A DNA stretch of 64,000 bases. It comes from Eledone cirrhosa. Lineage: Eukaryota. The stretch's first letter is position 1. Each line of letters begins with the position of its first letter. Under the pieces are notes generated by a model. That model ran no database searches and was not told the origin of the DNA. It saw only the letters and a list, made by a program, of their open reading frames with translations. The stretch lies in the NCBI GenBank assembly GCA_964016885.1, contig OZ024743.1, forward strand, positions 252,216,001 through 252,280,000, in the 5' to 3' direction. Positions 50,760 through 64,000 of the stretch are shown in pieces. The position numbers were made by a program, and so were the translations under genes.

Positions 50760-52040
50760 AGAAATGTGGGTTTGTTAGAGCAACTAAATGGTATGATCAG
50801 GCCCCAGAAGTTAGGGAATGACAAACTTATGCTTTTGTGGGACTTCACCAGTCAATGTAATAGAATTATTAAGGCAAGAAGTCCAGACATTTCAATTGTG
50901 AAAAAGTTAAAAAAGAGACCCAAATATCTGCCCCAGAAGATAGCAGACTGTGAAAAGATGGAGATGTATAAGCCACTGAATGAGGATGCTGGAAACTTGT
51001 GAGGGGTGAAGGTTTTAGTAATTCCGGTGGTGGTTGGAGAGCATTGTGATGGATATCAGACAGTTCTGAGGACTGTGTAAATAGAATCGGAATTGATCGA
51101 GGTCATGCTGACAACAGCACCTGTTGATACAGCAAGGATTTTAAGGAAAGTCTTGTCTGTGTAAGACAGAGAAGAGAATGCAGTAAGGGATCTTTGTTAA
51201 CATGTTGACTGCTCCCTAACTGAAATATCCAGATGATCATTTAACATCTAAGTGCCTGAGATATACAAAAATGAATCATAATAATAATGATAAATGGTAG
51301 CAAGGAAATTCTGATTGTGGCTGAAAAATGGTGTGTTGAAGAAAGTAACTGAAAGCCTAATCATAATTTCCCAGTCTAATCTTATTAAAGAAAAAATAGA
51401 CAAAATGTGTGATGATAAAGTTGAGACTGCTGTCCACATTGCATGTGGTTATAGTTGTTTAGCATAGAAAGAGTAAACATCACTATGATTGTGTAGCTAG
51501 GGCTCTACACTGGGACATATTGTTTCAACGATAGTTTGAAGTGTGCGATAAATGTATCAACAACAAGCAGGGAGTGTTTTTGTAAATGACAGGTTTAAGA
51601 TACTTTGGGGTTTCACAATTGAGACAGCCCACGAAATATAGGCTAAAAGACCTGACAGTTATAGAGAAAGCCTCCAAAAGAATGCATAATTATTGATGTA
51701 GCCATCTCTTTTGACAAGATCATGACTAACAAAAAATAGGGTAAGATTGAAAAGTACCAGGATCTTGCTATGGAGATATTTAGATTGTGGAATGTCTCCA
51801 CAAATATAACCTCCTTTGTTATTGGTGTGTTAGTGATTGTTACCAACAGAATAGAAATGTTCCTGAAAGACATAGGAGTAACAACAAATGTACCATTCAT
51901 CCAAAAGTCTCCTTTACTGTGTATAGCAAGAATAATCAGAAAGATCATTCAGCTCTCAGAAAATGTGTAGTGTCACAGCCTTAAGGATAAACATTCCAAT
52001 TTATCTGTGTGAAATAACAATTGCAATAATAAAATAATAA
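50760..52040 (+). mobile_element. Two degraded R4/Dong-type RLE C-terminal fragments
   Basis: LLWDFTSQCNRIIKARSPDI (50766-51002). Then C…ETAVHIACG zinc-knuckle remnant, KRPD, CIIIDVAI, KIEKYQDLAMEIFRLW…VIGVL…IQKSPLLCIARIIRK. Confidence 0.75.
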
Positions 52041-52730
52041 AATCTGAAGCAATCATGTAGATATATTATTAAGTCATCTTTATCATCCATCCTTGCAATA
52101 AATATAACAATAATTATCATCATCATTATACTGCCTACATATATCAACATCTCAAATCAGAGATGAGCATCAAGTGATATTTGACATAGCAAGCCTACAC
52201 TGTAATCTTTTACTCATCATCATGATGAAAGCTGTGCAGTGACAGAATGGTTAGAGTCTCAAATGGATGTGTAGCACTATTTGTTCTGGTTGTTTATGTT
52301 CTGAGTTCAAATCTTCCTAAGGTCACCTTTGTCTTTCATCCTTCTGGAGTTGATGATTGATAAAATAAAGTTCCAGTTAAGTAGGTTGATATAATAGGCT
52401 TTATGCTTCACCTAAATTGCTGGCCTTGTCCCAATATTAGAAAGAGTTCTTCATCATTGTGTTATATGATCATTATTATGAATTGGCAGTATCGGTAGAG
52501 GGTCAGGCATCCTTTCCAGCATAGTTACGTCCCTTTACGATTTGAGTTCAAATCCCGCCGAGGTTAACTTTGCCTTTCATCCATACGGGGTTGATAAAAT
52601 AAAGTACCAGTAATGTACCTTGTGCCAAAAGTAGAAACAATTATTAATACTTATCAGAAAAGACTATGTATAAGATTTTTAAAAAAATTGGTTGTCACAA
52701 TGAATATATTTTCTCTGTGTGTAAGATATT

Positions 52731-52914
52731 TGAGTGTGGGCTGAAAGGTTTATAGGCTGACCAAGATACTTTCATGGAATGACCAAATGAAATTTATTTT
52801 CAACATAGTCCTTGGAAAGAAACAATGCATTTATTAATAAAAAGAGTTGAAATGAAAGATTTCACAGCTCTAACAAGTTCAAGTCAGCCTATGAAATATT
52901 TCATCTCACCCTCA
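52731..52914. mobile_element. Mariner-like MITE
   Basis: TGAGTGTGGGCTGAAAGGTTTATAGGCTGAC … GTCAGCCTATGAAATATTTCATCTCACCCTCA|TA, an imperfect TIR of about 30 bp. Confidence 0.7.
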
Positions 52915-55900
52915 TAACTAAAAGTGATATTGTTAGGTAGTGTATCTGGCTGTAAAACATTGCCTCAAAATGGACTTCATGATGTGTTTGAAGCTAATGA
53001 TGAGCCTACAAGGCTGCCTCCTGCTTTAGCAAGGAAAATTACCTTAATTAACAAGTAAAATAACCTTAACAGTGTTAGTATGAGTTGTATAGATTGACAA
53101 CTTCTTTTCTATGTAGTATATCTAGGTCATGTAATTTTATAAAGAGCCCATATTTCTCTTTTCCTGTTCACAGTTGTGTGTATTTAAACTCAACCTTGCA
53201 GTTTAATGAGAATGCAATAAAAAGAATGCAATGAGAAAAATGCAGTGTTCACAGAAGCAATCTGTGCTATTGGGCAGTGTCTAATTTCTTTTGATGTGTG
53301 AAACCATTCTAGAGATGTGTTTCTGGTCTACAGACTTGGCAGCTCCTTGTCAATGATAGGAAATGAACCATGGATCATTTAATCACCAGATCAGCTTATA
53401 ATGACATAGCAGTCACTGGAGTTTCCTTCCATAATTTAAACTTGATCGAATAAAAAATATGTCGCTGGAAAATCAGGGTATTTCCTCTGTTTAGCCATTG
53501 TAAACTCTTTGTACAAATTTATTCATTTAAAACTGCTCTCATCTGTTTGCCTCTTTATATTTCAATAATACCTTACATTACTCCATTTCTATTATTATTA
53601 TCATTTTATATTTTCTAACATTTCTGCCAAGTTTTCTTTCCCCTATCTCTTGGTCTCTCTCTCTCTCTGACTGTTTCTTGATCTCACTCTCTCACTTGCT
53701 CTCTCCTTCTTTCTTTTTATCTCTCTCCAAAGAGAAAAAAATTCATATTGTTGAATTGTCGATATTCAGGTCAAAATTTCATTCTAAATTGATTTTGGTA
53801 TCTTCAGAAGTGAAAACATAATGTGGACTAATGCTTTGTTATGTTTATTATTATATTTTTTCTTTTACTACATCTTTTAACATCTGAACATAATACTGTG
53901 TTGGTTATTTTATGGGTGTCCAATAATATTTTTTGTTGATATTTTTTTCTTTGCTTTCTTTTCCCCCTTCCTTTTGAAATGTCTGATCTAGTTTACAAAT
54001 AATGGTTAAACATTGTTTCACTTGTGCAAACAGTTGATTTAGATATCAATAAATTTTCTCTATGGAGAATGATTCTCTTGTAGAGAGATTAGCCATTACC
54101 ATTGACCTGGTTTTATTCGACCGGTGCAAGAATCAAACCAAATATCAAAGATAGGTTACACACTCTGGTGTGGTGGGCAAGGAAGAGTCGAGTTTAGTTT
54201 TTCTTGTTCTGTAAAGGGTTCTGGAAATGCTATAAACATGTATTAAATATATTGATTTATTTTCAATACATCATAATAATCATCATTCTTACCATCCACT
54301 TTCTCATCCTCATCATCATCATTGTCATCTCCATCATCATCATTTTATGTCCAATATTGCTGCTACTAATACATTGAATCTCTGTCATGGTTCCTGCAAT
54401 TGGATTGTCTTCCTGAGAACAACCACTTTACAGAGTGTACTGGGTGCATTTTATTGTACCATCAGAATTAGAGAGGCTGTTATAACCTTGACAGGAAAAA
54501 AAATAGCCCTCTCAACACTATATTGTCTCTGTTCAATCGTAAGTCACTTTACAGAGTGTAGTGGGTGCATTTTATTGACTCCAACACTAGAGAGGTTGAT
54601 ATGTTCTTAACAGAACTAAAACGTCCTCTGAGCCTTCCATTATCTCTTTTCAACCACCATCCAGTCAACTTCCCAGAGTGTACTGGGTACATTATATTGT
54701 AGAATATAGAAAGCAGAAACAATTCCATACTATTAATATAAACCATTTCTGCTGCAAATTTTTCTTTTCTGCTACCTTTTCACTAGTTTCAGTAATTGCA
54801 CAGAGGCAATACTGCAGCATTGCCTTAAGTAGTTTAGTCGATTATATCAATTTTCATCAATCTCTATTTGTTGAACAGCTAGGTTACAAGACACATACAA
54901 ATAGTACCAGTTGTAAAGCAGTGACACAAAAATATAGACAAGAACACACTAAATACATATATTCGCATACATATATGTGTGTGTGATTGTGTATGTAAGA
55001 TGGTCATCTGTACAGTTTCTGTCTACCAAACTTTACTCATAAGGTACTGATCAACCTGAGGTGAGGGTAAGAGTAGTTGAAGACACTTGGCAAAGGAACC
55101 ACCACATGGCGAGATTGAACCTAAGACAACGTTTCAATATCAAACCTCTTAACACACAGCCAAGACTGCACCTATCTTATTCATTTTTTTTAATCACAGA
55201 GAAAATAAAGAAAAGAAAAAACCTGATCTGAGAGTAGAGTATATATATAAGATAATTCCATTCTTAAGAAAATGAAAATAATATAAATAATATTTTAATA
55301 TATTTATTATTAAGTTATTTATTAACTTGCTTACTTTTATTTTATTTACCAAAATGTCTTCTATACTTTAATATAATCTAAGACATTTCTCATATAATGT
55401 TTTATCTCTCTTTGACTTTTATCTAAATATTACTCTCTCTGTGTGTGCATGTGTGTGTGTGTGTGAGCTTGTGTGTGTGTATGTGTATGAGCGTGTGTGT
55501 AGGGGTGGTGGATTGGCCTAGTCATTAGAGCATCAGACATATGCATAGTAGTAACTATTCTACTCTTTCATTGTGAGTTCAAATCCTATGGAGATCAATT
55601 TTGCTTTTCATCCTTCGGAGGTCAATAAAATAAAGTACCAATCAAGTGCAAACAAAAAACACCCAATCCACTCTCCTAAGGTGGTCATACTCGTGCCACA
55701 ATTGAAAGCCCCCAATCAACCCTGTAAGATGATAGTGCTGGAGTTTATGATACAATGCTCTCTGTATTTAGTGTGAATTGGTTGGCATTAAAAAGAACAT
55801 CCAGCCATGGAAATTATGCTAAAATGGAATGTATAAGCAATACAGAATCATGTGACATATCAGGCCTCAGAATGTAACAATCCATCTATCCCATGGAAGC

Positions 55901-57084
55901 ATGGAATAAATATAGATGTAAATGTCTATTAACAATTTGACATATTCACAGAAACATCATTAGAATAACAATGGTGGTAGTAATGTTCTCTTTTGGCATT
56001 TTGCAGATATTGCATAGTATCATGGAATTACTAATCGTTCCAAGTTTCATGTTTAAATAGAGGGTTAATTAGATATTCATTAGACTTAGTCAACATGAAT
56101 TTTATATGTTTACACAATGTCAATATTTCAAAAAGAACTTAGCAAAGATTAATATCAACCTAAGAAGGGCTCTATAGTCGTAGTTGGTAAGTTCTACAGA
56201 CTAGGTTATCTAAGTAGCAGCGAATATTTTATGTTAGGTTGGCAGCAAGCGAGCACAGTCATTATAACATTGGGTATGTGCACTCTGTGTTCAAAACCTG
56301 CTCATGTTTACTTTGATTTTCACCTTTTGTGTTGGATAAAATGTACTAGTCAAGTCATGAGGTCAGATCCTCATTCACCCCCCCCCCCTCTCTCCTCTCT
56401 CTCTCTCTCAAGAAGAATATATCAGCTGTATTCTAACCTGCAGAGAATATGGGTTCTGCAAAGGTTAAAATGCTTATGGCAGTCTGATGTCACTAAGACT
56501 AAGATGTCCCCCGAAATCACTCAAGAGCTGTTGGTCCATACAGATATACACTTAATGTTAGTATGCATGAATAATAAAGTTAAGATTTACGAGGAAAATT
56601 GTGCATATGAGGAATCAGATGTTGCATAAAATAGAGGGGACGGCAGCCATGGAAGAGGAATATCAAGAAGGATGTAGGTAGAGGTAGTGAAAATTGACAT
56701 TAGGATGCTGAAACTCACTAACAATCTGATACAGGAAATAGGAAAGTGTAGAAAAGCTGTATTGGAGAAAACATTGAACTCATGGAAAATGGAAAAGTTG
56801 ATATTAAAAGTTGATTATGATGAATTCATGTTAGGATATTATGGGGAAAATTCTCTTATATGTTATTTCCATTCCCCACCCCTTTTTTATTTATAGGAGG
56901 GTGGGTAATGGAAATAACATGAAATCAAATAAGATGAAATCAAAGACATATATATATATATTTCTTTGATTTCATCTTCTGATACAGATATACCAGTGTT
57001 TGGCTTTATGTCTGCATATATATATATATATATGTATGTGTGTATGCATATATATATATATATGTATGTGTGTATGCTTATATA

Positions 57085-57172
<88 letters not shown>

Positions 57173-57175
<3 letters not shown>

Positions 57176-57962
57176 TCATCATCATCATCATCATCATCAA
57201 CGTTTAACGTCCGTGTTCCACGCTTGCATGGGTTTGGACGGGGGTAGTCCCACTTGAGGCAAGAGTGATTGTCTTGCTCGCATAGGACTGTCTGGCAGGT
57301 TTTCTACAGTTGGATGCCCTTCCTAACACCAACCACATTTACAGTGTGGGTCTGGGAGGTTTTTACCGTGTTGCCTACACGGCCACATTACAGCGTGGAC
57401 TGTGTGTTTTTTTTGTCGTGACACCTACACGATCTCATTTGTTTTGGCCTGGATGGTGTGGCACCAACACAACTTTACATAGAACGGGGTGGCGTGGATG
57501 GGGGGGGGGGGTATTTTGTTAGAGATGCCTACTGGCTGTAGTAGGTTTTACTATGTATTTAGGTAAGGCGGGTCTTCTCTGTTACTGAGTACCGCCAAAG
57601 GTCTCGGTCCAGTGACATTGTCTTGGAGAGGTGTAAGTGTGTGAGGTCGGAGTTTATCAGCTCGTCCCAGGTTTTTCTAGGTCTGCCTATTCCGTGGCTA
57701 CCGTCTATCTTTATTGCCCTGCACTTTGTTATACAGCTATCGACTTTCATGCGCATCACGTGTCCATACCAACGTAGCCTTCTCTCGAGTAAACAACATC
57801 TGATCCCTCTTATTTCTAATTTTGTCCTTAGTTCGTTTATGCTTTGCCGTTCACGTATATTACTGTTACACATCCAGCGGAGCATGCAAGCTTCGTTCCT
57901 CTCTAGTCTGCGTATATCCTCTGCACACAATGCCCAGGTCTCACTGCCATGCAACATTGCTG
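57173..57962 (-). mobile_element. Young 5'-truncated RTE copy in a (TA)n array
   Basis: [11 protein letters not shown]…LRWYGHV…GRPRKTW ORF, 3' UTR and (GAT)n tail. TA arrays on both sides. Confidence 0.95.
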
Positions 57963-57980
57963 ATATATATATATATATAA

Positions 57981-58037
<57 letters not shown>

Positions 58038-59133
58038 AATGTGTATGTATGTATGTATATATATATAAATATATATATAATCACCGAGAGAGATGACCCC
58101 TTAGCCTTTGTCAAGGCAGAATTCTAGGAGAAGGAAAACTCTGATGTAACACCTGCAACCCTGATGGTATCCAATGATGTTGACTTGTTCTTCTTTTTGG
58201 TAAATATCATCTTGTTTAAGAGAGTGGGACTGGCTTTGTGCAGTGCCTTTTCACACTATAAAATCTTCACGGCACAGGCATTGCTTTATATCTGGAGATC
58301 TCTCTGCACTTGTCGTCACATGGTACCATGGGCCCACCACTATGTGTCAATAATTGTCACAAGTGTAGTGTTTGTACCAGAGTTTTCAACTCGCTGGCTG
58401 GACTAAAAAGTCACACTCATTCAGCGCATCGGTAGGGGTTCTCCTACATGGATATAAAGTAGTGGCCATACTCGAAAACGAGTTGGCAGCCACCATATAT
58501 ATAAATATATATATATACACACACACACACACATAGAAATAAAGCTGTGCATTGGTATATCTCTATCACATATATCAGAAGAAGAAATCAAAGACAAATG
58601 GTATAAAAAACAGAAGGAACATCTATTTATATATTCCTGGTTTTTGTTTAGTTCAATAGCAAAATCTCCAGCTAAGCTTTCTTTAAAACTGTAGCTATTA
58701 GGCCATAGGTGAGAAGCAGGTGTTAACTGTTAAGTGTCAGACACCCTCTGGGAAGATCACTGTAGATGGAAGTGGAGGTAGTAGCAGTAGCAGAGGTTTG
58801 ATGGGGTGGTCTGCTGGTTTGATGGTTGAATATGTTACTAAATACAACTAAGGACAGACTGAAATATCTCTTGGCAGGTAGTAATGGCTATAGGTGTTGT
58901 ATTGCATGGTGTAGTTTAGTGCGGTGGATTGCAGTGTTATGTGGTGTGGTGTAGATTTGTCTGCTTCTAGACTGGTGGTACAAGTATAGAGATTCTTATT
59001 TAATCTTACCTCACTTTATTTTTAGTCTCTACATTATTACAATTAACAATTAACCATACACACATATATGCATATACTTACTTATATAGCTATTTGTCTA
59101 CATACATATATTATTTCTATATATATGTATAAT

Positions 59134-59320
59134 GGCGGTGGATTGGCAGTATCAGTAGAAGGTTGGACATGCTTTCCAGCATAGTTACGTCCCTTTACGA
59201 TCTGAGTTCAAATCCCGCCGAGGTTAACTTTGCCTTTCATCCTTACGGGGTCGATAAAATAAAGTACCACTAATGTACTGGGTAATTGTTGGCCTTGTGC
59301 CAAAAGTAGAAACAATTATT
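59134..59320 (+). mobile_element. SINE family 1
   Basis: Full-length match to 35687-35875. Confidence 0.85.
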
Positions 59321-59706
59321 TGTATATATATATATATAAATATATGTGTGTGTATATTAATGTGTGTGTGCCTATAAAGTGTAAAGCACACCTTTGATAA
59401 AAAAAATAACCATTGGATTTGTACCTAGAAGGTTCACCTCCGAGGCTCAAGTTTGGGCAAGGTGGTAAAGACAAAGCAGTTGCCTTTGCTGAACCGGCCT
59501 TTCCTCACCATACCACTGATGTTGTCCAAGGTAAAGGCAAAGGCTGATACATCTTGGCACCAGTGATTTCACAACTCATTTCTGCAACTGAGTAAACTGG
59601 TGTAATGTGAAATAAAGTGTCTTGCTCAAGGACACAATGCATCAGCCAGTCTGAGAATCGAATATACAACCTAAACATTGCAAGCCCAACACTCTAATCC
59701 TTAAAC

Positions 59707-59760
<54 letters not shown>

Positions 59761-59770
59761 CATACATGAA

Positions 59771-60198
59771 GGTGCATGGCTTGGTGGTTAGAGCATTGGC
59801 CTTGCAATCGAAAGGTTGTGAGTTCAATTCTCGGACTGGGTGATGTGTTGTTTCCTTGAGCAAGACACTTTATTTCACATTGCTCCAGTTTACTCAGCTG
59901 TAGAAATGAGATAAGACTAGGGTCCCTATCATCCCACTGGAAAGTGGTCGTGGAGGTGCCATGGCAAAAAAGCACCCAGCCCACACTGTAAAGTGGTCGT
60001 GGAGGTGCCATGGCAAAAAAGCACCCAGCCCTCACTGTAACTGAGGTTGGTGTTAGGAAGGGCATCCAGCTGTAGAAATCAAACCAGAATCTGTTCCCGT
60101 ATGAGGAAGACAAGGTCAGCCGACCAGACACTGCCCACAACAGTCTAACCCATGCTAGCAGGGAAAAACGGACGTAAAACGGTGATGATGATGATGAT
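59771..60198 (+). mobile_element. SINE family 2, head-to-head with a related minus-strand copy at about 59460-59710
   Basis: tRNA head, CORE-like domain, duplicated 49-bp unit (from 59941 and 59990), (GAT)n tail. Confidence 0.85.
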
Positions 60199-60239
60199 AC
60201 ATACATACATACATGCATAAATACACACACACACAACAA

Positions 60240-62627
60240 TGTATTAAATTAAGCATGTTTTGCAATGTGAACTGTTCAGGATTGCAAGTCATGTCGTCAG
60301 GGCAATTTGTTATGTTATTGGGGAGAAGTGTGTTTGAGATGATAATGGCATACTTTCCCTCACTGACACTGAAAAGAAAGTAGCTTCGAATTACCATTAT
60401 AAAACACTACTGAATGGGGAGAATGCATGGGAGGAAGATATTATGCCCATAGTGAATCCGAAAGAGGGACCAGCTGCAGAAGTCAGCAGCAGCATAGTAA
60501 GGCAATCAAGGATACGTAGATGGAGAAAGTTGCTGGACTTTCCGGGATAGTTGCCAAGATGCTGAAAGAATCAGGAATGGTGGATCACATGTTAACCACC
60601 CATATTGTAAAGCAAGTAATACAAAAAGGTGCCATATCCAATGACTGATGTAGCAGCAACGTCTTCAATTGATACAAAGGCACTAGACAGATAATACTAT
60701 ACTGGCATTAAGTTGATGGACCAAGTCATGAAAGTAGCAGAAAGAGTTATAATACAGCTGATTAGGGACTGCGTTAACTTAGATGAGACAGAGTTTGGAT
60801 TTGCTGACTACTTCTCTATGCATAGCATGTACTGCCTTCACAAGCCATTCATCTGTGATGCTATTACCTGGCACAAATCCAAACTCTGCCTCATCTAAGT
60901 TAACGCAGTCCGTAATCAGCTTATTATAACTCTTTCTGCTACTTTCATGACTTGGTCCATCAACTTAATGCTTATAATGAAGAATTTAGCATGCAGGTAG
61001 GCGTCCATCCATCTTAGCCCTTTCCTGTTTATTATCATCTTGCAGGCTATAAAAGAAGAGTTTAAGACTGGCTGCCCATGAGAACTTCTGTATGCAGAGT
61101 ATCTAACCTTCATAGCTGAATCTATGGCAAAGTTAGGGAAGAAATTCCAAACCTGGAAGCTTGACCTAGAATCAAAATGCCTTAAAGTCAATTCGGCAGA
61201 GACTAAAATTCTAGTATGTAGAAAGGAAAATAAGGCCCAGATTCCCCCAGGGAAATGGCCTTACTAAGTGTGCAGGAAAGAAGTAGACAGAAATTTAATC
61301 CTGTGTCCCAAATGCAAGCTATGGGTACACAAGAGATATAATGGGATCTTAGGCAGGCTGGCAAAACATGTAGGTTTTGATATGGTTAATGCACAGGAGC
61401 AGTAAGTAGCAAGATCTCATAGGATACTAGTTCCATTTAAATGTTCAGATGCCTTCGTAGAAGTAGTTAACAGTTTTTGTTACCTGTGTGACAAAATTGG
61501 CAATGAAGGTAGGTATTCTGAATGTATAGTATCCAGAATGAGAACAGGAGTGAAAAAGTTCAGGGAGCTGCTACAACTGCTAGCTTCATAAAGTTTTTCC
61601 CAAAAAAATGAAGGGCAGATTGTATGATGTGTGCATACGAACATCAAAGTTACAAGGTAGTGAGTCCTGGGCACTGTGTGAAGAACACCTATGAAGACTG
61701 GAAAGAAATGAAGATTGCATGCTCCGATGGATGTGTAATAGTAGTGTGTATGAACAACAAAGCATTAATGAACTGAGAGCAAAATGAAGCATAAGAGTGG
61801 TCAGATGCAGTGTACAGGAGAGGAGATTGTGGTGGTTTTGACATGTGATACATATGAAGATGGCAGCTATATAAACATGTGCAGGGTTCTCAAAGTCAAT
61901 AGAAACTATGGAAGAGAAAACCCTAAAAAAATAAAAGCTGACCTTGCTCAATTAAACCCCACAAAGGAGATGGCACAAGATCAATATCTCGGATGTCATA
62001 TTGTACTGCAGAAGACCTGCCTTCCCATGTCTCCCTGGTCCTAATGCCCCATTCTCACCAGCTAAATAACCTATGCCCTTTGCCAATATTGAAATTACTT
62101 ACATGTCTTCTCCTCCAAACCCTCACCCTTGATACTCCTTGCCTGCCAAACCCATGTATACAAAAAAAGCATGAAAGCTTGACATGCTCAACATCTAATA
62201 TCCCACAATGGTCTACTGTTTATGCTGCTCCGGTGCCACAACAACAAAAGTATCCAGTCCATCCTGTAAGGTGGTTGTGTTGGGGTCAGGAGAAAAACCA
62301 TTGGGTCTACTCTGTTAGGTGTTCACACTGGTGACATAACAAAAAGCACCGAGTTTATGCTGTCAGGTGGTCATGCTGATGACATGATAAAAAGCATCTT
62401 GTTCACCCTGTTAGGTGGTCATTTTGGTGCCAAGCTAAATAGCATCCAGTCGACACTGTAATGGGGTTGACATTACGAATGGCATCCAGCTGTAGAAACC
62501 AACCCAAAATATAGATCCATTTGAGCATGTTGTGGTCTCCAGATCTGACTTGTCTCATTAGGTGACAACCTGTCTAACCCATGCAAGTGTGGAGAAATGA
62601 ATGTTAAATGATGATGATGATGATGAT
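60240..62627 (+). mobile_element. Degraded RTE copy with an internal inverted duplication
   Basis: RT motifs across frames (DQVMKVAERV, EEFKTGCP, GKWP…CPKCKLWVHK, YLCD, LERNE), tandem 3' UTR units and a (GAT)n tail. 60895-60970 is an inverted copy of 60705-60785. Confidence 0.8.
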
Positions 62628-62754
62628 GTATATATATATTTATATATATATATATATTTGTTTTGCGAGGTTTTTGATATGAAATCATGTGTCTAAACAA
62701 ATATTGTTATACTTGGGGAGGGTCATATTGTTGTAATAGGAAGAACATAAAAGC

Positions 62755-62796
62755 ACCACTGACGATGTTGCAGATGTGCAACGAAAGAACTTTGTT
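62755..62796 (+). ncRNA. Minimal HHR motif (family C variant)
   Basis: acca-CTGACGA-t-GTTGCA-gatg-TGCAAC-GAAA-GAACTT^-tgtt. Confidence 0.7.
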
Positions 62797-63115
62797 AGAC
62801 TATATATATATGTGTTTATATCTATATTATATCTTTATTTTTGACTGTTGGTCAGTCAATGGTAAACATTGAGGACCGAATGAATTAACTGATATAAAAG
62901 ATACACAAGTGAAAACCAACCAAACAGTGAGTGTGTTCTGTTATTAATTCTGGCAATATTATTACAACAATATGACCCTCCCCAAGTATAACACTATGCA
63001 CACACACAAACGCATGTGCAAAGAAGACAAAATAAAATAAACAAATAGATAAATATATTAACAGACTAAATAAAGATGGCGTAGAAAATACAATGCAATG
63101 GGAGGAAACAATAGC

Positions 63116-63157
63116 ACCACTGAAGATGTTGCAGATGTGCAATGAAAGAACTTTGAT
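63116..63157 (+). ncRNA. Minimal HHR motif (family C variant)
   Basis: acca-CTGAAGA-t-GTTGCA-gatg-TGCAAT-GAAA-GAACTT^-tgat. Confidence 0.65.
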
Positions 63158-63456
63158 AAACTATATATATGTGTTTGTGTCTATATTATATCTGTATTTT
63201 TGACAGTTGGTCAGTCACTGGCAACATTGAGGACCGAATAAATTAGATTACCGATATAAAAGACACAGAAGCGAAAAGCGAAAACAAACCAAACAGTGAG
63301 TGTGTTCTGTTATTAATTCTGGCAATATTACACAAATATGACCCTCCCCAAATATAACAATATCTGTTTCGACAGACGATTTCATATAAAAAACCTCGCA
63401 AAATTAATTCATTGCCGTTATATATATATATATATATATGTATGTATATATGTATG

Positions 63457-63489
<33 letters not shown>

Positions 63490-63515
63490 ATATGTATGTA
63501 TATATATATATATAT

Positions 63516-64000
63516 ATAACAAAGTGCAGGGCAATAAAGATAGACGGTAGTCACGGAATAGGCAGACCTAGAAAAACCTGGGACGAGCTGATAAACTCCG
63601 ACATCACACACTTACACCTCTCCAAGACAATGTCACTGGACCGAGACCTTTGGCGGTACTCAGTAACAGAGAAGACCCGCCTTACCTAAATATATAGTAA
63701 AACCTACTCCAGCCAGTAGGCATCTCTAACAAAATACACCCCGTCCCACCACCCCCACCCCCACCCCATCCACACCACCCCGTTCTATGTAAAGTTATGT
63801 TGGTGCCGCGCCATCGAGGCCGAAACAAATGAGATCGTGTAGGTGTCACGACAAAAAAACACACAGTCCACGCTGTAATGTGGCCGTGTAGGCAACACGG
63901 TAAAAACCTCCCAGACCCACACTGTAAATGTGGTTGGTGTTAGGAAGGGCATCCAACTGTAGAAAACCTGCCAGACAGTCCTATGCGAGCAAGACAATCA
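63516..64000 (+). mobile_element. Young 5'-truncated RTE copy running off the window
   Basis: TKCRAIKIDGSHGIGRPRKTW…TRLT* plus 3' UTR, almost identical to the reverse complement of about 57265-57733. Confidence 0.95.

Larger units (their letters stand above)
62657..63420 (+). mobile_element. Family C-related Penelope-like element: inverted pLTR fragment + two tandem HHR-bearing pLTRs
   Basis: Direct repeats starting at 62752 and 63113. HHR cores at 62759 and 63120. 62657-62738 is the reverse complement of about 63326-63403. (TA)n flanks. Confidence 0.7.

Overview
Eukaryotic, AT-rich DNA packed with microsatellites. The SINE/LINE families look like those of a coleoid cephalopod (octopus-like); this is recognition from memory, not a database hit. 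I see no convincing host exon, so the window reads as intergenic or deep intronic. Almost all ORFs in the track are microsatellite artefacts or transposon remnants. Recognisable content: (1) young and old RTE-clade LINEs whose RT carries an inserted C4HC3 PHD-like finger; (2) fragments of RTE-BovB-like, CR1, CRE-like and R4/Dong elements; (3) two tRNA-derived SINE families, one sharing its 3' tail with the RTE; (4) Tc1/mariner, pogo/Tc2-like and piggyBac-like MITEs. The most notable signal is a dense set of short elements sitting in (TA)n arrays that carry minimal type I hammerhead ribozyme (HHR) motifs, in at least five sequence families with compensatory stem changes. Two families connect to Penelope-like GIY-YIG C-termini and show inverted or tandem pseudo-LTR architecture. 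They include a two-ribozyme tandem with 361-nt spacing (retrozyme/circRNA candidate) and fold-back palindromes centred on the ribozyme. All coordinates were read by eye, and element edges are approximate.
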